This document shows, piece after piece, positions 56,315-64,000 of a stretch of 64,000 nt of DNA. Source of the stretch: a virus; IMG/VR virus record IMGVR_UViG_3300011114_001049, positions 1 to 64,000 of that record; one strand, written 5' to 3'. A program made the translations under genes and the position numbers. The notes below the pieces were generated by a model. It did not search any database and had not been told where the DNA came from. It saw nothing but the letters and a program-made list of their open reading frames with translations. Within the stretch, counting starts at the first letter, position 1, and each line of letters begins with the position of its first letter.

Positions 56315-56725
56315 ATGCCAGGAAGAGTTTTAACCTTTTTTGAATTTTCTGATAAGTATTCTAACGGTGAAGCTACCGAGAAGGACTTGCAGGACGTAAC
56401 TTCAGCTGCCTCAAACTTCTCAGACGGATTTGATGATTCAACATATGATCAGCCTGAACTAAAGCCAAACCGACCAGTAAACGGTGGTTATGAGACTACT
56501 CCAGCATCGCCTACTGGGTTTAACCCAGAACAATCTGATCAAATGGATATACCAGAAGGAGAAGAAGCTGAAGAAGACGATGATTCTGAAGATAAAGAAG
56601 AAGAAACTGACGAAGACGATGATGAAAAAGATGAAGCTAAGGGAAACCCAGAAGAATCTAATGAATCTAAAAGAATCATAAAGTCTTTTACTAGCTATGT
56701 AAATGAGTCTAGATTAAAAAGATAA
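56315..56725 (+). CDS. Acidic late protein
   Basis: Late promoter at about 56289; Asp/Glu tract. Confidence 0.7.
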   Translation: MPGRVLTFFEFSDKYSNGEATEKDLQDVTSAASNFSDGFDDSTYDQPELKPNRPVNGGYETTPASPTGFNPEQSDQMDIPEGEEAEEDDDSEDKEEETDEDDDEKDEAKGNPEESNESKRIIKSFTSYVNESRLKR

Positions 56726-56741
56726 ATCAGAGTAAAGTATA

Positions 56742-57005
56742 ATGAAAATCAAAACATTTTCACAATTTATAATCTCTAAAAAAATTAATGAGGACGACGC
56801 AACAGATCTTGACCTAAGTGCTAATGATGGTGCAGCTTCTTTCCATACCGGTTATTATGGAAAAAATCCACAAGAAATAATAGTTGACGAGACGGGTAGC
56901 AGTAAGATACGTAAAAATAAAAAAGTAGACATACTTGAGTTAGAATCAATAAAAGGAATAGTTAAAGATCTCTCTGAAAGAGTAGGTAAACTTAAGAAAA
57001 AATAA
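56742..57005 (+). CDS. Hypothetical late protein (MKIKTFSQFI)
   Basis: 87-aa ORF. Confidence 0.7.
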   Translation: MKIKTFSQFIISKKINEDDATDLDLSANDGAASFHTGYYGKNPQEIIVDETGSSKIRKNKKVDILELESIKGIVKDLSERVGKLKKK

Positions 57006-57083
57006 AGCCAGTATTACTACTTTAAGTTATTATCCAAAAAAAGATAATGATTTTTTAGTTTGTAGGTAAATGTAAAAGGAAGT

Positions 57084-57692
57084 ATGGAAAACTGGTCAAC
57101 AATAGTAGTAGCATTTATAACTGGTGTACTTGGTCCCGTTATAATAATAATAATAAAAAACATACTGAATAGGAAGCCGGCTAAGGAGGACATGATAATA
57201 GATGCATGTAAAGTAAGCGGTGCAGTTGTTGCTAAAATAGACGAAATAAAGGAAGTCTATTCAGCAGATAGAGTATGGGTTGCACAGTTTCATAACGGTG
57301 GTCATTTTTATCCTACTGGAAAGTCTATTGCAAAATTCAGTATTTTTTATGAAACCGTTAGTGTAGGCACTAACTCAATACAATCAAACTTACAAAACAT
57401 CCCAGTTAATCTCTTTAGTAAATCAATAAATCATTTATTACAGGATGAATTAATAAGCATTAGTGATTTTAATGATGAGACTTGTGCTACACACGGATTA
57501 AAGTATTTTGCAATAGACAACGGGACCTATTCTCAATATCTTTTTGCTATTAGAAGCATAGATAAAAAGTTTATTGGATTTCTATCAGTAGACTATACTA
57601 AAAATGCTACGCTAACTGATCAAGAAATAATTGGATTAGAAATAGATGCAAGTGCACTTGGCGGAGTGTTAATGAATCACCTCAATAGATGA
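57084..57692 (+). CDS. TM plus GAF-like domain protein (T4 holin T-like architecture)
   Basis: N-terminal TM; ADRVWVAQFHNGG...IGFLSVDY. Confidence 0.65.
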   Translation: MENWSTIVVAFITGVLGPVIIIIIKNILNRKPAKEDMIIDACKVSGAVVAKIDEIKEVYSADRVWVAQFHNGGHFYPTGKSIAKFSIFYETVSVGTNSIQSNLQNIPVNLFSKSINHLLQDELISISDFNDETCATHGLKYFAIDNGTYSQYLFAIRSIDKKFIGFLSVDYTKNATLTDQEIIGLEIDASALGGVLMNHLNR

Positions 57693-57868
57693 AAAGAATA
57701 ATAGAAAATTTCATGGAATTCATGGATCTTGCAAGAATAAATCAAGGACCAGATGGATGGTCGATATATGGAGCCAATCCTAAGTTAAAAAAGAAAACGC
57801 GACATAAGGCTGCGACTAAAATGGAAGACCTTACTAATAGTCTTCGTCATCGTCTCCAAAAGAAATAG
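57689..57868 (+). CDS. Small protein (59 aa; MKRIIENFMEF)
   Basis: ATGA coupling; N-terminal motif. Confidence 0.5.
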   Translation: MKRIIENFMEFMDLARINQGPDGWSIYGANPKLKKKTRHKAATKMEDLTNSLRHRLQKK

Positions 57869-58058
57869 CACTAAGAGCTTCTGATTCCCAATTAAGTAAG
57901 ACGTCATCTAACTCGTCATCCACCATTATCAATATCTGCAAATAATCTGAATCTTGCGATCCTTTACTTAAAAGTATCTTATCCTTAATTGCATCTGCTT
58001 TTTGTATTATAGATGCCTTCAGCTTTTCCTTAATCGACTCTGAATTATCTTCTTTCAT
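57834..58058 (-). CDS. Acidic hypothetical protein
   Basis: 74-aa ORF. Confidence 0.6.
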   Translation of the reverse strand: MKEDNSESIKEKLKASIIQKADAIKDKILLSKGSQDSDYLQILIMVDDELDDVLLNWESEALSAISFGDDDEDY

Positions 58059-58140
58059 AGGTATTGTGTTATTATATTATATTTAGTAAAATATAAAAAG
58101 TTTTAGGATAAATAAACTAAATAAAAATAAGTTTTATCAA

Positions 58141-58662
58141 ATGAAGAATTTTATGACTATTAGAAAACTATACGAGACCTACGATCAACCGCAAGATGAT
58201 CAAGGAATGCAATCACATATGCAGACGCAGCAACCATCTAAAATTTTATCAATGAATCAATTTATTGACAACACTGATGAAATTGACAACACTGATCCGA
58301 TTGCTGAACCGATGGCTGAGCCTATTGCTGAGCCTATTGCTGAGCCTATGACTGAGCCTATGGACAATCAACAAACTGCTCTTCCTGCTTTTAATCCAAT
58401 GAATTTGACAGTTTCTCAATTTATAGAACGTTGTGATAAGATAAACCCATTAGTTTGTATGGGACTTAACACTTTTATTGAAGCAAACAGTGAAGCTTTA
58501 GCAAATGAGGTAAATGGAGGAGAAGAGTTTGATTTAGATAAAGAAGCTAACTTGGACTTTCCACCAGTCGCAGGACCTGAAGCAAAGGCTAATGATTTTT
58601 CATTAGATCAGCCTGCAACAGACCTTGATTTTCCACAAGAAACAGAACCAGCTACTATTTAA
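58141..58662 (+). CDS. Acidic late protein with EPIA/EPMA repeats
   Basis: Late promoter at about 58108; 12-bp tandem repeats at about 58300-58362. Confidence 0.7.
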   Translation: MKNFMTIRKLYETYDQPQDDQGMQSHMQTQQPSKILSMNQFIDNTDEIDNTDPIAEPMAEPIAEPIAEPMTEPMDNQQTALPAFNPMNLTVSQFIERCDKINPLVCMGLNTFIEANSEALANEVNGGEEFDLDKEANLDFPPVAGPEAKANDFSLDQPATDLDFPQETEPATI

Positions 58663-58670
58663 AACTACCA

Positions 58671-58937
58671 ATGAGGACGACTAACGAATGGTATGGTGCT
58701 AACACCATGGGAACCGATGCAAATTACATAATCCCATCGCCTGACGAAAAAAGGTTTAATCATCTAATGTACACTGCAGGTGCAAGTACAACAGTACCAT
58801 CCCATTGGAATAACTCTCCTTTTTTAGCAGGCGGTAGAATGACTAGTACATTTGGTTCTAATCCTAAAGAAGAAAAGAAAAGAAAAATCATGACATATAA
58901 GCAATTTCTAGAGTCAAAAATAAAAAGAAATAAATAA
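58671..58937 (+). CDS. Hypothetical late protein
   Basis: C-terminal KIMTYKQFLE. Confidence 0.65.
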   Translation: MRTTNEWYGANTMGTDANYIIPSPDEKRFNHLMYTAGASTTVPSHWNNSPFLAGGRMTSTFGSNPKEEKKRKIMTYKQFLESKIKRNK

Positions 58938-58952
58938 AAAAAAGAAAAACAG

Positions 58953-59207
58953 ATGGGATACATTAAAAACTTTACAAACTTTACTACGTCTAAAGAAGGC
59001 GCAGTTAGTGAAGAGACTGATGTAATGTTAACTGATGTAACTCTAACTGATCTTTCTAAGAAAATTCAAGATTACAAGAACCAGATAAACCAGTGGGAAA
59101 AGGCAATTGAAGATCGAAAAAAAGTATTAGCTGATACTGCTAAAGCTGCAGCTGCACAAGTAGTTACACCAGCGCCTGCAGCACCAGCTCAACCTGCTAC
59201 TTCCTAA
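58953..59207 (+). CDS. Coiled-coil late protein
   Basis: MGYIKNFTNF; Ala/Pro tail. Confidence 0.7.
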   Translation: MGYIKNFTNFTTSKEGAVSEETDVMLTDVTLTDLSKKIQDYKNQINQWEKAIEDRKKVLADTAKAAAAQVVTPAPAAPAQPATS

Positions 59208-59208
59208 G

Positions 59209-59655
59209 ATGAATAGAAAAATAAAGACATATAATGATTTCACTAATGAATCGACTAGAGAAGTCGTTTACCCTAGTAATTTTAAAGGTATGGTCCAAAG
59301 TACCTTATCTGGACTCTATACTCAGATCATTGCTATAGCTCAAGAATTAGCTAACGAAAAAGCCGCTAGAAACCCAGGTAGGTACTCAGGTACTCTAGAA
59401 GAGGTAGATATTACTAGGGCTATGAATATGATATTCCACAGCGATTGGAAGAAGAAGATTAAAGAGAGGGCCATTGGAGAGGTTTTACAAAAGTCAATGG
59501 CTAGGGCAGGTAAACAGGATGAAGTTATAGGTAAGAAGAATCTTAGAGCATTAGGTAGATCAAATGGAGATACTGACTTTAAGGTAGACATCAATAAATC
59601 TAGTGTAAGATTTAGTGATAAAAAAGATGGTGGTGGGACTGGTTCAAACCAATAA
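59209..59655 (+). CDS. Hypothetical late protein (MNRKIKTYNDFTNE)
   Basis: 148-aa ORF. Confidence 0.7.
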   Translation: MNRKIKTYNDFTNESTREVVYPSNFKGMVQSTLSGLYTQIIAIAQELANEKAARNPGRYSGTLEEVDITRAMNMIFHSDWKKKIKERAIGEVLQKSMARAGKQDEVIGKKNLRALGRSNGDTDFKVDINKSSVRFSDKKDGGGTGSNQ

Positions 59656-59661
59656 AACAAG

Positions 59662-60396
59662 ATGACAGAACAAGAACTAATAGCTGATATAATTGATGAG
59701 ATTACTTTTTCGGGAGCGTTGCCTTATTCGTTACCTGAAAAAGAAATAACTAGAATTCTTGAAAACGACAGTCGTTATTTCTATGACAACTGGAGACATG
59801 CTGTCGAATCTCAATATCTATTACTTCCAAAAGAATTATTTAGTACCCCTCAATTTAAAAAGAAGCGCCAAATAATACTACCCGACTGTGTACAGTTTGT
59901 TGTAGATTTTAAGGAGGCAAAAGGCGGCTCTATATTTGGATCAATCGACCGAGATTTTGCAGAACAGAAATTTATAGGTGCTGAAATATTCTTGACTCCT
60001 TTCATTGGAGAAAGTATTATGTACAGGACAGTAATGTTTTCCTTTCTAGACTTAAGTAAAGCCATGTTAATTGATACTATCGCATATGACTATAACAAAA
60101 ACACTAAGCTATTAGGTGTATTAGGAAGATCGCCGGCAACTGCAGCAGTAGTTCGAGTCTTTAAAAAACTAGATAGAGACAAGTTATATGAAGACGAGTT
60201 GTTTCAAAGATACGTTCGTGCACATGCAAAAGTAAGGTTATCTCATCTTCTCCAAACATTTAATTATGCTTTGCCTGGTGGAGTAACAGTTAACTATCAA
60301 AACGTAGTGACTACTGCTGAAAAAGAAATGGAGACTGTGTTAACTATGATGAAAGGTGAGAACACAGCTGACTGGATGTTCTTACATCGACAATAA
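59662..60396 (+). CDS. Putative neck/head-completion protein (T4 gp13-like)
   Basis: FQRYVRAHAK...LPGGVTVN...AEKE C-terminal pattern. Confidence 0.7.
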   Translation: MTEQELIADIIDEITFSGALPYSLPEKEITRILENDSRYFYDNWRHAVESQYLLLPKELFSTPQFKKKRQIILPDCVQFVVDFKEAKGGSIFGSIDRDFAEQKFIGAEIFLTPFIGESIMYRTVMFSFLDLSKAMLIDTIAYDYNKNTKLLGVLGRSPATAAVVRVFKKLDRDKLYEDELFQRYVRAHAKVRLSHLLQTFNYALPGGVTVNYQNVVTTAEKEMETVLTMMKGENTADWMFLHRQ

Positions 60397-60408
60397 AAAA
60401 AGAAGAAA

Positions 60409-60786
60409 ATGGCACAACTTAGGGACATATATTTTAGGGATCAAAACGATCCTAAATTCCAGGCCAACAAGATAGAGGTAACAGACGACCTTGAAGCAAC
60501 TATTCAACAAATAATGATGACTATATTTACTAGAAAAGGCGAGGTCTTAGGAGAATCTAATTTTGGTTTAAACTTAGATAATTACCTATTTGAATTTAAT
60601 GTAGATCCAGTAAGCCTAAGTAGAGCGGCGCAAGACCAAATCTATAGCTATGTGAGTGAAACTAGAAAAAGAAGAATTACTATTGAACCTTCTTTATATC
60701 CAGATTCAGTTTCAAATAGAGATATTCTGGTTTTGTTGATAGACATCCCTGAGATAAAAGAGAAGATCGCTGCGTTTTACGATTAA
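60409..60786 (+). CDS. Baseplate wedge gp25-like protein
   Basis: IFTRKGEVLGESNFGLNLDNYLFE. Confidence 0.8.
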   Translation: MAQLRDIYFRDQNDPKFQANKIEVTDDLEATIQQIMMTIFTRKGEVLGESNFGLNLDNYLFEFNVDPVSLSRAAQDQIYSYVSETRKRRITIEPSLYPDSVSNRDILVLLIDIPEIKEKIAAFYD

Positions 60787-60794
60787 CAGTTGAC

Positions 60795-61823
60795 CTATTT
60801 ATTTTTATCTCTTACTTTATAGATTCTTTCAATAATATCAACTACTTTCATACCCTCAAGTGCATTTGTTGTAGGAGAAGTTCTGCCTTTTAAAGTATTT
60901 ATAACGTTTGAAATAATATAATTATGATTTGCAGCAGAACCTTTATAAGGTCCATAATCATTTGCAGGATTTGATTCTTTTAAAACAGGCATTTCATATC
61001 CAGAAATAGCACAAACTTCAACTTCATTCATGTATTGACCGCCAATTTTTACGCTCCCATTTTTTCCAATAATTGTCATTGAAGATTCTAAATTCTGGTT
61101 TGCAATAGAAGTAGAATAATTTATACTTCCCATTCCACCACTTATAAAATCGAAGCTTACAAATCCTGAATCTTCAAAAGCTGTTGTAGTTTGATGATTA
61201 AAGTCTGCAAATTTTCCTTGAATATTTTTTATATCTCCAAATAACCAATACATGATATCGATAAAGTGTGAAAATTGAGTAAAGAGTGTTCCTCCATCTA
61301 AATCTGCTGTTCCTTTCCAGCCACCAGACTTATAATAACGATCATCACGGTTCCAATAACAATTTAATTGAACCATGTAAATTTCGCCGAGTAATCCGTC
61401 AGTTATTACTGATTTAATCCACTCAGACGGAGGTGAATAACGGTTTTGCATTACACAAAAAACTTGCTTTGATTCTTGGAGTGCTTTGAAAAGGATTTTC
61501 TCACAACTTTCTTTTGTTAAGCCCATTGGTTTTTCGCAGACAACATTTTTCTTTTCTGCTAAAGCCTTTAGTGACTGTTCAGCGTGTAAACCGTTTGGAG
61601 TGCAGATGTTGACGACATCAAATTCTAATCCACTTGCAAAAAGTTCTTCCATCGTGGTAAAAAAAGGCACATTGAAATCTTCAGCTGCACATTCTTTTTT
61701 GGATCTAATATCTACCATTGCGACTAACTCGCCTTCTGAATCTCTTCGTATCATTTCTGCATGGCGCTTTCCGATATGACCGGCACCGACTACTACAAAC
61801 CTTATTTTTGAATTATTTGACAT
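60795..61823 (-). CDS. Gfo/Idh/MocA NAD-dependent oxidoreductase (WbpB/WlbA-like)
   Basis: VVGAGHIGKRH, ICTPNGLH, CEKPM, VMQNRY, WNR...YY...WKGT..DGG.L..Q..HFID. Confidence 0.9.
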   Translation of the reverse strand: MSNNSKIRFVVVGAGHIGKRHAEMIRRDSEGELVAMVDIRSKKECAAEDFNVPFFTTMEELFASGLEFDVVNICTPNGLHAEQSLKALAEKKNVVCEKPMGLTKESCEKILFKALQESKQVFCVMQNRYSPPSEWIKSVITDGLLGEIYMVQLNCYWNRDDRYYKSGGWKGTADLDGGTLFTQFSHFIDIMYWLFGDIKNIQGKFADFNHQTTTAFEDSGFVSFDFISGGMGSINYSTSIANQNLESSMTIIGKNGSVKIGGQYMNEVEVCAISGYEMPVLKESNPANDYGPYKGSAANHNYIISNVINTLKGRTSPTTNALEGMKVVDIIERIYKVRDKNK

Positions 61824-61834
61824 TTTATAATTTT

Positions 61835-62239
61835 TTAATACACTGAAAGGTTCATAGAATTATTAGAATCTATCCCAGAAAAATATTGAATAAAAAGTCG
61901 TAAGTTTCTTTGCTGATTACTTAACATCTCAATTTTGCTTCTTTTGATTTGTATCTGCTTAGAAAGGTCAGAACGCAGTTCAATCAATTTACAATAGTCT
62001 GCACTATCGTTACAGTCGCTAATGAATGCCATTTTTCTGGCTTCATCATTAGTATAAATCTTTTTTCCAGCATCGTCTACTGCATTTAGGACTTGTGACT
62101 TTATTTCGATCTCAAGTTCGGTGATAGCTTTTTCGTTTGACTCTACTAAATCGCTTGTTTCAATAAGCTCTAACTGATTGTCATAAATAGCCTTAGGAAT
62201 ATCAGATAGCTCTTGAGCCATGTCTAATGGTGATTTCAT
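61835..62239 (-). CDS. Coiled-coil protein (possibly UvsY-like)
   Basis: 134 aa helical; resemblance only. Confidence 0.5.
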   Translation of the reverse strand: MKSPLDMAQELSDIPKAIYDNQLELIETSDLVESNEKAITELEIEIKSQVLNAVDDAGKKIYTNDEARKMAFISDCNDSADYCKLIELRSDLSKQIQIKRSKIEMLSNQQRNLRLFIQYFSGIDSNNSMNLSVY

Positions 62240-62280
62240 AAATATAGTTTTAGATTATAATACAAATAAACTATCAACTA

Positions 62281-63993
62281 TTAAAGTTGACCAGCTGCGC
62301 CTACTTCTCCTCCTTCTTTGGTCTCGCTACCGCCGGCCTCAGCAGCGGCGCCTGCGGCAGCTGGTGCGGCTCCGCCTGGTGCAGGTGGTGCAGCTGGAGC
62401 GGCAGGTGCAGCAGCTGCTGCTTCCGCTTCAATTTCAAGTTTTTGATCAAACCATTGCTGATTTGATTCAATCTCACTCTCAGTAAGTTTAAGTTCTTTT
62501 CTAACTAAGTATTCAGTAGAGAAGAACGGTGTACCGTCGTCTTTCATGACTCCTTTTTTGGCTTGGAATGCAGCTATACGCTTTGCCTCAATGTCGTTCT
62601 GCTTAGCCTCTTCAAAGATATTGTCGTTATTATAGTTAATCCCAATTGCATTATTAAATTTATAGTCATCACCAAGCTCAGGAAAGTCTAAACACATTTG
62701 TAGATACCATGGCTTTACTAATAATTCAGAAAAGGCTGATCTTAATCGTCTAATGAATTTTTGGTATCTTACCTCTTCTCTAGTTATACCTTCAGCATTA
62801 AGGGTAAATGCACCCATTCCGCTTTGTCCTTCCCAACGAGAATAAGGAATTTTAGAATCCATCTTCAACTTCTTGTAAAAGTAGTTAAGGAGTTCTGAAC
62901 CAGAAAGGTTTGGTCCAGGTGTTTGTAAAGCCTCTATCTTTATCTGCTGTTGCTGATCGTTTATTGGCATAACATAATTCTTGTAGAAAAGAATATTAGG
63001 TTTACCGTCAACACTTAATTCACCAGTATCTCCATTGAAACTAATATCTTCTTTAAACAGATTTAAAAACTCACGAACATCTTCTTGGCCTTTTTGAAAG
63101 CTTTTACTTCCAATTGGAACCGTAGTAGTTAGACGAATTGGCGCATTCATTACGTGCCAAATTACTTTACTATGCTCGATGATTCTTAATAAGTTGAACG
63201 ACCTAATTAATCTCTCTACGAAACTTACTCGCTTTGTCCTAAAGTGGTTGGCATAAGATAAGTATATTATTTGTGAATCATTCAATACTCTAGTTGAACC
63301 ACTAGTTGGATCGTACTGTACCCACTGTAAGAAAAGCTTGCCCTTAGGATCTTTTTGTAGTTGAGGAGCGATACTTGCAGGATCGATCTCTTTAAAACCT
63401 ATTATCTCCTTTGGTTTTTCTAAGTTATCATATAGGATCTCAAAAGAAAGGTGTCCTTCTACTAAGAATTGAAAGGCATACTGCCAAGCAGCGATACCTT
63501 CACCGAATCCCCAAGCAGTATAGATCTTTTCAAAGTTATCATTGTACTTATTAATCACAGATTCTTGATAGTGTAAACGATCTTCTTTGGTGTTTCCTCT
63601 ATATAGAAGCTTGCCTGTCATGTCTTTTGCATAGGCAAACCTTGCCTCTTCATCATAGACCACCATGTCATCGACTATTGTTTCTAAGATGAATTCTATC
63701 TCTCCATTTGATGCAACATCCCGTAAGCGCTCTCTCTTAACTACATAATCTAACTGAAAAAAAGCAATAGCTTTTGTTCTTAGTTGAGAAGTAGTATCAG
63801 CAATAGCCATTGAAAATTTCATCAATTCGTCATTGGAGCTTAGCCTAGAGCTTCTAGCCTGTAACTGACCCTCAATGAATCCGATTGCTTGTGAGTTTTT
63901 TAAGAGAAGATCCTCATGGCGAGTACCAAACTTACTTAAACTGGCCAAAGCTCCTCCAGTTCTTCCTTTCAATGTGTCTAAAAATCCAGCCAT
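62281..63993 (-). CDS. gp20: Portal protein (T4 gp20-like)
   Basis: FLVEGHLSFEI, KEIDP, SFVERLIRSFNLLRIIEHSKVIW, YFYKKLKMDSKIPYSR, GITREEVRYQKFIRRLR. Confidence 0.9.
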   Translation of the reverse strand: MAGFLDTLKGRTGGALASLSKFGTRHEDLLLKNSQAIGFIEGQLQARSSRLSSNDELMKFSMAIADTTSQLRTKAIAFFQLDYVVKRERLRDVASNGEIEFILETIVDDMVVYDEEARFAYAKDMTGKLLYRGNTKEDRLHYQESVINKYNDNFEKIYTAWGFGEGIAAWQYAFQFLVEGHLSFEILYDNLEKPKEIIGFKEIDPASIAPQLQKDPKGKLFLQWVQYDPTSGSTRVLNDSQIIYLSYANHFRTKRVSFVERLIRSFNLLRIIEHSKVIWHVMNAPIRLTTTVPIGSKSFQKGQEDVREFLNLFKEDISFNGDTGELSVDGKPNILFYKNYVMPINDQQQQIKIEALQTPGPNLSGSELLNYFYKKLKMDSKIPYSRWEGQSGMGAFTLNAEGITREEVRYQKFIRRLRSAFSELLVKPWYLQMCLDFPELGDDYKFNNAIGINYNNDNIFEEAKQNDIEAKRIAAFQAKKGVMKDDGTPFFSTEYLVRKELKLTESEIESNQQWFDQKLEIEAEAAAAAPAAPAAPPAPGGAAPAAAGAAAEAGGSETKEGGEVGAAGQL

Positions 63994-64000
63994 ATATTTA

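Larger units (their letters stand above)
4377..63999. promoter_or_regulatory. Dispersed T4-type late promoters (N)ATAAATAA
   Basis: Seen shortly before starts at about 4377, 4767, 7195, 9104, 9657, 10127, 11471, 30851, 33327, 51440, 53544 (minus) and 31377, 35950, 40237, 45021, 46017, 46207, 48809, 51504, 53559, 54344, 56289, 58108, 58929 (plus). Confidence 0.75.

Noticed and set aside
975-61779. Antisense ORFs such as 975, 1407, 2600, 6341, 7899, 17145, 24645, 27880, 31893, 52143, 54462, 59340 and 61486
   Set aside because: They are shadows of longer, better-supported genes on the opposite strand.

Overview
64 kb of a large T4-like (jumbo myovirus-type) phage genome. The host is most likely Bacteroidota: early promoters resemble TTG-N19-21-TAnnTTT, starts are A-rich without Shine-Dalgarno sequences, and the phage encodes an RpoD-like sigma lacking region 1.1. 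There are three zones. (1) 1-11.4 kb and much of 31.4-64 kb hold late genes behind T4-type (T)ATAAATA promoters: portal, gp13-like neck, gp25-like baseplate, lysis enzymes and about 30 proteins with a T4 capsid-targeting-like N-terminal peptide. (2) 10.2-31.3 kb is an early module of about 24 promoter-gene(s)-terminator cassettes. Most promoters carry GGTCTC 49-51 bp upstream of TATATTTAC, and sequence identity between copies switches at that hexamer. A polar 9-mer, ACTCCGTAG, occurs at least 14 times on one strand only inside this module, including within genes. The module is bracketed by odd non-coding DNA and by a late-promoter-driven IS607-type serine recombinase homologue lacking its catalytic Ser. 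(3) 32.9-34.0 kb is an RNA cluster: tRNA(CAT), an aberrant tRNA-Glu, two oversized tRNA-like RNAs and an unannotated ~330-nt highly paired RNA with its own late promoter. All protein calls are from motif recognition by eye; no database searches were run.
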